A stretch of DNA of 32,000 nt. It comes from Candidatus Lokiarchaeum ossiferum. Its GTDB lineage: Archaea; Asgardarchaeota; Lokiarchaeia; Sigyniarchaeales; Promethearchaeaceae. Below, piece by piece: positions 8,906-15,743 of the stretch; position 1 is the stretch's first letter; every line of letters begins with the position of its first letter. The notes under the pieces were generated by a model that was not told where the DNA came from, searched no databases, and worked only from the letters and a program-made list of their open reading frames with translations. The translations under genes and the position numbers were made by a program. Location: contig CP104013.1 of the NCBI GenBank assembly GCA_025839675.1, forward strand, positions 5,190,001 through 5,222,000, in the 5' to 3' direction.

Positions 8906-10066
8906 TTATCTCCAGTCAAAGTAAAAGGTGTTTAATTTTTCTGGAAGAGGTAAAGTTGAATGATTTTCTTGATAAAATGCATCAATATAAATTTTTTTTG
9001 GGAATAGGATGAATTTTGCTTTTTTAAACGGTATTGCATTAAAATATTTGATATAGGGCATCTGAATCCCTGCCCATCCCATTTCTTTTGATTGAATTGC
9101 CAAAAATTTGGCTAAATCTGTTGCATCGGTTTGTTTTAACCTGTAAGTGTGGACTAAATCTAACCATCCAAATGGAACCGATTCCCCATATCCTGCGAAT
9201 AAAAATTCCCACGCTAAAAGAAATCCGTCCACATCTCCATGTGTATTTTCATGAACTACACAATTTACTCCCGGTTGATTTAAATACCATAAAAAATCTT
9301 TTTCCTCATGAACGATTGCCATTTCATTTTGTTCTACATGGTCACTCATTAGTTCAAATAAAATTGGGCCATCTTCTGGCTCATATCTTCTAATTTGTGA
9401 ATTAGGTTTATATTTGATTTTTGGAGGGGATAATATTTTGAGACCCCATCGTTCATACCGTTTTAATTTGAAAACTTTTTTTACTTTCTGGATATCAAAG
9501 ATACGGATTAAAAAATGGTTAATATTAGCTAATCTCTTTAATGGGATTAAATCTGTTTCCCGTGAAACTGCTGCACTCAAGTCTTTTCCATGTTGTTCAG
9601 GTTCATGGAAGGAAAAAGCAATATTATAGCCTTTCTCTATCAACATTTTCCTTACTTCTTTCCCCATTTCAACTGAAATTCCTTTTCGTTGGTGCTTCCA
9701 ATGGACTGCTGCCCAAGCTGGAATTGCACATTCGAATAATGAATTTTGATAGTGAACCGTTCGTGGTATGCATCCAATAAATCCAATTACTTCATTGGTT
9801 GGAATATGAATTGCTCTAACAAAAAGATCTTTAGGCAAGTAAGGTGAACCAAAAATTCTCCGAAAAGTTTCTTCATTGAATATCAAGACTCCTCCCTCTT
9901 TTTTAGCCATTTCATCATTTAGAAAAGCGGTGGTAATAAGGTCAGAAATCTCTTTATAATCGGAATCGTGAAGAGTAAACTGTTCAATTTTATATTCTTG
10001 CCCTTGATTACCTTCAATTTCACCAGGGGTGTCCATAATTTCTTGATTTTCTACAATACTCTTCAT
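8906..10066 (-). CDS. Tandem-GNAT acyltransferase, N-myristoyltransferase (NMT)-like
   Basis: 386-aa ORF with ATG at 10066. It has a GNAT acyl-CoA motif region (AAVHWKHQRKGISVEMGKEVRKML). By eye it is collinear with both lobes of eukaryotic NMT as I remember yeast and human sequences. Matching blocks are FNEETFRRIFGSPYLPKDLFVRAIH..NEVIGFIGCIP, then IRRYEPEDGPILFELM, VVHENTHGDVDGFLLAWEF and KEMGWAGIQMPY...FKKAKF. The overall size is similar to the NMT catalytic core. Confidence 0.55.
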   Translation of the reverse strand: MKSIVENQEIMDTPGEIEGNQGQEYKIEQFTLHDSDYKEISDLITTAFLNDEMAKKEGGVLIFNEETFRRIFGSPYLPKDLFVRAIHIPTNEVIGFIGCIPRTVHYQNSLFECAIPAWAAVHWKHQRKGISVEMGKEVRKMLIEKGYNIAFSFHEPEQHGKDLSAAVSRETDLIPLKRLANINHFLIRIFDIQKVKKVFKLKRYERWGLKILSPPKIKYKPNSQIRRYEPEDGPILFELMSDHVEQNEMAIVHEEKDFLWYLNQPGVNCVVHENTHGDVDGFLLAWEFLFAGYGESVPFGWLDLVHTYRLKQTDATDLAKFLAIQSKEMGWAGIQMPYIKYFNAIPFKKAKFILFPKKIYIDAFYQENHSTLPLPEKLNTFYFDWR

Positions 10067-10115
10067 TTTTTTTCACATTTATTTAGGCATTAAAATTTAA
10101 TTCATGAAATGTCTA

Positions 10116-10127
10116 TTTATATAAATA
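10116..10127 (-). promoter_or_regulatory. TATA-box-like element upstream of the NMT-like/CDP-alcohol transferase gene pair
   Basis: Near-palindromic TTTATATAAATA about 50-60 nt upstream of the ATG at 10066, in the 201-nt gap after the GTPase gene. Confidence 0.35.
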
Positions 10128-10267
10128 ACTATTTGATTTTTAACTTTTGCTACCATTTCCATCAATAATTGACAATTGGCAACAAATCACTTAAAACTAG
10201 AAGAGGCCAGTTTTTGGAAAAAATGTGTTTTTACAATGAGAACCAACACATAATTCGGCCCAGTATT

Positions 10268-10876
10268 TTACTTATTAGCTAATTTCTTCATATTAAATTT
10301 GTAGGATTCGTTCAAAATTTCATTAGTGAGAATGTGAATATCTTTGCCTGTTTTTGAACTGATTGTGTAAAATTTATCTAAATTCAATTGACGGGCAATA
10401 TCTATCATTGTATCCATTGCCACTTCTTTTTCTTCGTCAGAATTCAATAAATCCGCTTTTGTCCCAACTAAAATGATCGGGGCGTCTGCAGGGGCATTCT
10501 CTTTCCAAATTTCAAACCATTCTTGAATATACTTTGTGGTGCTAAATCGGGTTAAATCAAAACAAATTAATCCTCCCACCGCTCCTTTACAGTAACGTGG
10601 TAGCATAAATCTAAATCGTTCTTCTCCCGCAAAATCCCAAATTTGAGCTGCAATCTCAATGGAATCAAAATCATCAGCATCTTCAGGAGCAAAAGGATCC
10701 ATGATTGCTGTTTTGTATAAATGGAAATCTACTCCGATGGTCATTTTAGTTTTACTATCAAAAATACCTGTAATCATCCGTTTTGTGAGTGTTGTTTTGC
10801 CAACCCCGCCTTCTCCCAAAATACATATTTTAAGGACATTACTTGGGGGTTTGTAGTTTGATTTTGATGCTGTCAT
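10268..10876 (-). CDS. Rab/Ras-like small GTPase
   Basis: G1 is GEGGVGKT. Switch I is TIGVDF, matching the Rab-type IGVDF motif. G3 is WDFAGEERF, G4 is GTKADL and G5 is SSKTG. I place the start at ATG 10876 (MTASKSNY...); the listed start at 10921 is a TTG. There is no C-terminal cysteine, so no prenylation motif. Confidence 0.9.
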   Translation of the reverse strand: MTASKSNYKPPSNVLKICILGEGGVGKTTLTKRMITGIFDSKTKMTIGVDFHLYKTAIMDPFAPEDADDFDSIEIAAQIWDFAGEERFRFMLPRYCKGAVGGLICFDLTRFSTTKYIQEWFEIWKENAPADAPIILVGTKADLLNSDEEKEVAMDTMIDIARQLNLDKFYTISSKTGKDIHILTNEILNESYKFNMKKLANK

Positions 10877-11210
10877 AACTGAAATTCTTATCCTAGGATT
10901 CCTAAACGTTTCTATGATCAATTAGGTTGTAATAGCTATTAAGATTTTTCTGGATGAAAGGTTTTTTTTTTATCTGCCTTCTTTGAACGTATCTTTAATT
11001 AAGAAATCTTAAGAATTTTTGGCCATAATTCAATATGGGAAATATATATCTATGATGTTTAATCAATATTTAAGAAAATTGACAATGGAAAAAAAGGTCA
11101 TAAAAGAGATAGCTAAGAAGACTCCCTTAGAACTGTCCTTTTATTGATTAGAAGAAGGAAAAATTCGTTTAGCAGAAGCATTAAGGAAACAAGATATAAA
11201 AAAGAAAAAA

Positions 11211-12620
11211 CTAATACTTTATGAAGAGAATCACAATTAAAATTATCCTTACAATAAAATAAATTAGGGCCAAAACAATTGCGATTTTATAAATAGAACT
11301 CGCAGTGGTGTTTTCTTTAGCTCGCTGATAAAATTGATTCTCTAATTTATTCCATACCATACCGATTGAAAAAGTAATTAAAAGATTCAACGGATAGAAC
11401 CATAGATAATTTAGGGGTGATCCATCAAACATGTCAGGAGTGGGATCGATAGGATCAAACATTGTTAAGAAAAATTGGTAAACAATCGAAAAATAAAATA
11501 TCTGAGTGAGAAGGATATGGTAAGTTGATTTACTTATACGCCGGATAATATCACTAAGCTTACCTTTTGGATTCATTGGAAAAAAATTCATTCCAATTAA
11601 AAAAAGAAAACCAGAATAGGGAAAAAATCCGAGATTATAATCACCAGTCAAAAAATACCAATTTCCGTACTCTTGATACATGATGATGTAGATCAAGGAT
11701 AATAGACCTATGGGCCATATAAAAAAATTCCTAGGTGATAACAAATCGTGATCAGTGGAAAACCAAAGTCCCATTCCTACTGCACTAAATAGTGCAAATA
11801 CATGACATGAAAAATAAGACGTCATGACTCTTGCTGGATTATCCCAAGCAAAATATCCGTATAAACCTGCCTTGATGAAGTACCATGATATTTCAATTAC
11901 AAATGTTCCAAAAATGGTAAGTACTGAGTTCCTTTTATAGCACCAGTAGAGTAATGGGAAGATCAGAATTGTTGACATGAGCACGGGGAGAAACCACATT
12001 CCCGGTCCATAGAAGGGAGTATATCCAATAAAAATATTCTGAAAATTTTCATAATATACAACATCATTGGTCTCGAAGAAATCTGCAGATTCAAATATAA
12101 AAAGAACTGTGTGGGCGAGATACAAAATCAAAAAGGGGACCACATATCTTTTCATTTTGTTTTCGATGTAGGAAAAGCTATACATCTCTTTAAGAGTCCG
12201 TAATCCTTGTTTATCAAATGATTTTCCCATATTAAAGCCCATAACAATCATTAGAATTGGGATTGATATCCGTTCCCAATATGATGATCCATAATCGTGT
12301 AAAAATGTATGGGTAAAGGTGTGATCCATTATAACAAGAGCGATCATCAGAGTCTTCCAAGCATCTACTTGAAAGTACCGCTTGGATTTGACAATTGATC
12401 GTGAGTCATTTGGTAATTTTTCATTGGATTCCTCGATCAGTGGGTCATTAAGAATTGTATCATTCATTCGCGGGTTAATAAATATTGCTCCAATGATCGA
12501 AATTGTCATAAAAATAAATAGAATCAGGGTTAAGATGAGTGATTCTAACCCCATAGTAAAGATCAAAGCGTAAAAAGACAATAAAAGGATTGTTATGAAA
12601 ACTGCATCTGAATTTTTCAT
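11211..12620 (-). CDS. Polytopic membrane protein, acyltransferase-3 (OafA-like) family candidate
   Basis: 469 aa with many hydrophobic helices. The N-terminal signature VDAWKTLMIALVIMDHTF resembles the (R)xxxDxxRxxAxxxVxxxH opening motif of acyltransferase-3 family membrane O-acyltransferases. ATG at 12620. Confidence 0.55.
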   Translation of the reverse strand: MKNSDAVFITILLLSFYALIFTMGLESLILTLILFIFMTISIIGAIFINPRMNDTILNDPLIEESNEKLPNDSRSIVKSKRYFQVDAWKTLMIALVIMDHTFTHTFLHDYGSSYWERISIPILMIVMGFNMGKSFDKQGLRTLKEMYSFSYIENKMKRYVVPFLILYLAHTVLFIFESADFFETNDVVYYENFQNIFIGYTPFYGPGMWFLPVLMSTILIFPLLYWCYKRNSVLTIFGTFVIEISWYFIKAGLYGYFAWDNPARVMTSYFSCHVFALFSAVGMGLWFSTDHDLLSPRNFFIWPIGLLSLIYIIMYQEYGNWYFLTGDYNLGFFPYSGFLFLIGMNFFPMNPKGKLSDIIRRISKSTYHILLTQIFYFSIVYQFFLTMFDPIDPTPDMFDGSPLNYLWFYPLNLLITFSIGMVWNKLENQFYQRAKENTTASSIYKIAIVLALIYFIVRIILIVILFIKY

Positions 12621-12742
12621 TATACTTCATTTTTTTTTATGTTCTGTGCGTTAAATTCCTTTTTCATTAGTTTCAAATTTTATTATACTTATAAATCATT
12701 TGAGAATAAAATTATCAACTGTAATTACAAAAAGGTTATTTC

Positions 12743-15049
12743 ATGAAGGAAAACAAATTAGTCCCCTCAGAGTTATCAAAAAATTATTCAGGAACATCTG
12801 CTTTTTTTACTCCTGACTGGATGGTCACGTGCATCCTTCAAGGTACGGAGTATTTTCTCACTCAATTTTTTAATAAACCATTGGGATTGAGTGATCCTTC
12901 CCTGGTGTATTTAGAACCTTCGGCTGGTGAACTGATTTTTCCGCTAACATTATTCGATCATATATATGAAAAAAATTCAAAAGAGAAGTTCAAAGAAATT
13001 ATTCGCTCGTTGATTAAAGATCGATTGTTTTGTTATGAAATTAATCTTGACATCTATAAAAGTGGTAAACAAAATTTAAAGCGTTATATTCAAACAAAGA
13101 GGGGATTGGGTGATTTAAATTCATCTTTTAAGCATTTTTTTTTGGAGAACACTGTAGAAGATAATAATAATACTGAGGCCTTAAACAATAGAGATCAAAT
13201 ACCCCATTCATCAGAAGATTGTCTAATTATTTTTGGTAATCCTCCTTATTCTGTGAGTAATACTACAAATCGTCCGTGGATAAAGTCTTTGGTGGAAGAC
13301 TATAAAATTCACCTAAATCGACCCGGAAGAAAAAAAATCGTAGGATTGAAAGGGATTCAAGATGATTATGTGAAATTCATCCGTTTAGCTCAATGGAAGT
13401 TAGCTGATCAAAACCACCCGGGCATTTTTGCTTTCGTGGTCAATAATTATTTCATTGATGGAGATATTTTTCGAGGAATGCGCTCCTCCCTTCTCTCTGC
13501 TTTTGATTATCTCTATATCATCAATCTTTTTGGAGATCCTAAAAAATCAAAATCCAATTTCTCATCAAATCAAGAAAAACAAATAAAAACCTATGATGAA
13601 AATCCGTTTGATATTCAAACAGGAATTTGTCTCATATTCGCCATCCTCCAAAAGCCTGATTGTAAAGGAAAAGAAAAGCGTGAAAAATGTAAAGTCTTTT
13701 ATGCAGAAAAAAGAGGTTCCAAAACTCAAAAAAAACAGTTTCTTCTTCAAAAATTTGAAAAAATTTCTTTTACTGAGGTAGATCCTCGGATCGATCTTGA
13801 GTTTGTTCCCATCAGCCAGAAATTATTGAAAAAGGAAGTGAAATATAACTCCCTCCCATATCTTCCAGAAATTTTTCAATATAATATTATCGGGATTCAA
13901 TCTTTGCATGATACATTGATTACCCATCCAGATAAATCCAGACTCGTTGATATACTATCAAATTTTTATAATGGATTTTTTTCAAGCAAAGAAATAACCG
14001 ACACAAAAAATCAGAAATGGGTGAAATTTGATGGAGTTTCATATCATGACGCACGAGATTGGAAAATTACCGATGGCTTAGCGGGTTTTTTGATTAAAGC
14101 TAAAAAAAATATCATTAAATGGCAATGGCGAGGGTTTGATCAATGGTGGGTTGCCTATGATGAAAATTTGATGACAAAGGGTTCTAGTAGTTATAGTCTA
14201 ATGCAATATTTTCTTCCTCCAAATTCGAATCTCGCAATTGGCGTGTCTAAAGTTTCTCGAAAAGCAGATGGGACATCGAGTGTATTCATTACGGACCAAA
14301 TATCTGAATCTCATTTTATTGAAGGTGGATCTGGGATCGGTGATTATATATTTCCATTAAAAGTTGGCAAAAACAAAAAAAAAAAAAACGATTGGAATCT
14401 TCCTGATTCTGCTTGTGAATATAATTTATCTTCCATGATTCTTCACCATTTAAACAAGCTATATTCAGTTCAACATATTGATCCAGAAGATATTTTTTTC
14501 TATATTTGTGCAATTTTGAATTGCTCGAGGTATTCTACAAAATATCAATTTTTCTTGAAAAAGGATTTTCCCCATATTCCTTTTCCCAAAAAAATGGCTG
14601 AATTTATTCAGTTCAGTAAGATTGGAAGAAAATTTGCTCAATTATATACTTTTAACATTGATTCATCTTCAGTAAGCCAATTTTCTCTTAGTAAAGCACA
14701 GAATATGCAAATTATTTCCCCTTATTATGACCCTCTTCAGAAAAAAATCTTTTTTCAAAAAAATTCAAAACATCCAGCAATAAATTCTTCTAATAATAGA
14801 TTTTGGATTGGAAATATTGATGAATCTATGTGGAACTTTGAAATTGGTGGAATTCGTCAATTGGAATTATGGTTAAAACACCGAAAATACGTTTCTCTCA
14901 CTAATTCGGGAAATGTATCAAAAAAATTTGGATTTACTCGGAGTATTTCTGACGATGAGTTAAACCATTTCTTAAAAATATGCGTTGTAATTAAATCAAT
15001 TTTAGAATTGAAACAAAAAGTAGATTACCTATATTCACAGATTTTTTGA
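12743..15049 (+). CDS. N6-adenine DNA methyltransferase, YeeA/type ISP-like MTase plus target-recognition module (no nuclease or helicase part)
   Basis: Gamma-class order of motifs: FFTPDWMV (motif X), YLEPSAGELIF (motif I position) and IIFGNPPYSV (motif IV, NPPY). QDDYVKFIRLAQWKL and FAFVVNNYFIDG follow. The C-terminal WNFEIGGIRQLELWLKHRK matches the IGGYxVxxKWLKDRK signature I associate with type ISP/YeeA C-terminal domains. Confidence 0.7.
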   Translation: MKENKLVPSELSKNYSGTSAFFTPDWMVTCILQGTEYFLTQFFNKPLGLSDPSLVYLEPSAGELIFPLTLFDHIYEKNSKEKFKEIIRSLIKDRLFCYEINLDIYKSGKQNLKRYIQTKRGLGDLNSSFKHFFLENTVEDNNNTEALNNRDQIPHSSEDCLIIFGNPPYSVSNTTNRPWIKSLVEDYKIHLNRPGRKKIVGLKGIQDDYVKFIRLAQWKLADQNHPGIFAFVVNNYFIDGDIFRGMRSSLLSAFDYLYIINLFGDPKKSKSNFSSNQEKQIKTYDENPFDIQTGICLIFAILQKPDCKGKEKREKCKVFYAEKRGSKTQKKQFLLQKFEKISFTEVDPRIDLEFVPISQKLLKKEVKYNSLPYLPEIFQYNIIGIQSLHDTLITHPDKSRLVDILSNFYNGFFSSKEITDTKNQKWVKFDGVSYHDARDWKITDGLAGFLIKAKKNIIKWQWRGFDQWWVAYDENLMTKGSSSYSLMQYFLPPNSNLAIGVSKVSRKADGTSSVFITDQISESHFIEGGSGIGDYIFPLKVGKNKKKKNDWNLPDSACEYNLSSMILHHLNKLYSVQHIDPEDIFFYICAILNCSRYSTKYQFFLKKDFPHIPFPKKMAEFIQFSKIGRKFAQLYTFNIDSSSVSQFSLSKAQNMQIISPYYDPLQKKIFFQKNSKHPAINSSNNRFWIGNIDESMWNFEIGGIRQLELWLKHRKYVSLTNSGNVSKKFGFTRSISDDELNHFLKICVVIKSILELKQKVDYLYSQIF
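14375..14388 (+). repeat. A14 homopolymer inside the methyltransferase CDS
   Basis: Direct count gives c-aaaaaaaaaaaaaa-c at 14374-14389, encoding part of GKNKKKKND. It is the longest coding-region homopolymer I noticed in the window. Confidence 0.95.
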
Positions 15050-15081
15050 AGATTTTATAAAGATGAGAAAAAAATTTATTT

Positions 15082-15306
15082 TTAATTGCGTTTTTGTGTG
15101 GCTCGTGCGTGTTTCTGGGCCGCGATTGAATTGGCTTGACCACCATATTTGTTCAAGATGACTCGTTTAACATACAATTTTCGATTTCGAACGCGAGGGA
15201 TCTTTTTTGATCTGGAATTAATGCCAGTTCGGGGAACTTTGGGGGTAATATTTCGAACTTTTCCTGCTTTTGTAAGACTTCCGTGTGAACCTGGAATAAT
15301 GAACAA
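15082..15306 (-). CDS. rps30e: Ribosomal protein S30e (eS30)
   Basis: [19 protein letters not shown] matches the conserved HGSLxxAGKVRxxTPK core of eS30, and the remainder is basic. There is no in-frame ATG. The ORF opens with TTG at 15306 immediately after GGAG, so the exact start is uncertain. Confidence 0.85.
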   Translation of the reverse strand: MFIIPGSHGSLTKAGKVRNITPKVPRTGINSRSKKIPRVRNRKLYVKRVILNKYGGQANSIAAQKHARATQKRN

Positions 15307-15341
15307 CTCCGAATAATAATTTATGAACTTAAAGAAAGAAA

Positions 15342-15417
15342 TGGTAGCCTCTCCAAGATTCGAACTTGGGTCAACGGGGTCAAGGCCCGTGATGCTTGGC
15401 CACTACACTAAGAGGCT
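15342..15417 (-). tRNA. tRNA-Gln: tRNA-Gln (anticodon UUG) with encoded CCA
   Basis: I folded the reverse complement AGCCTCT-TA-GTGT-AGTGGCCAA-GCAT-C-ACGGG-CCTTGAC-CCCGT-TGAC-CCAAG-TTCGAAT-CTTGG-AGAGGCT-A-CCA by hand. It has a 7-bp acceptor stem, a TTCGAAT T-loop, a 5-bp anticodon stem and a total length of 76 nt. The A1-U72 pair and A73 are typical of archaeal tRNA-Gln. Loop position 33 reads C rather than U. Confidence 0.8.
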
Positions 15418-15743
15418 CCCATTGATTTTTTTTAAGAACTCAAGATAGGAAAAGCTTCCACGAATAAAAAAGTTTTCGAATTTGGCTTTGACCTAGGCTG
15501 TAAAGTTCTTTCTTGTGTTGTTCTTTTGTCGATACTTTATAAATTTTTAGAAATTTTTCTTTGAATATTGAAAAGCGACTCCAATTTTTATAACAAGGGA
15601 TCACGAAGGCAGATTAATTTCAAGGAGAAAAAAGGTATCTTCTTTTTCAGTATTCTGAGCGATTACAGATACGGTTTAGATAATGTATTAATTTCAATCT
15701 TTATTGAGTAAGATATTAAAACAACAAAATCGCATAGTTGTTT

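Noticed and set aside
11052-11240. Small plus-strand reading frame MMFNQYLRKLTMEKKVIKEIAKKTPLELSFY-TGA-LEEGKIRLAEALRKQDIKKKKLILYEENHN. It looks faintly like a helix-turn-helix (excisionase/MerR-like) gene interrupted by an in-frame TGA at 11145-11147.
   Set aside because: It is very short and lysine-rich, as expected from AT-rich non-coding DNA. It overlaps the 3' end of the acyltransferase-like gene, the HTH resemblance is weak, and nothing else in the window suggests stop-codon recoding. It is most likely chance, or at best a decayed remnant.
12743-15049. Methyltransferase as part of a complete type ISP, type IIG, BREX or DISARM system.
   Set aside because: The ORF begins just before MTase motif X, with no nuclease or helicase region. 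The flanking genes are a membrane acyltransferase-like protein and rps30e, so no system-level assignment can be supported from this window.
15421-15737. Looked for C/D-box or other small RNAs in the larger intergenic spacers: 15421-15737, 10922-11210, 19494-19715 and 24894-25217.
   Set aside because: I found isolated CTGA or ATGATG-like strings (for example ATGATGT at 11052) but no properly spaced C/D plus C'/D' box set with terminal complementarity. A covariance-model scan would be needed, and nothing is convincing by eye.
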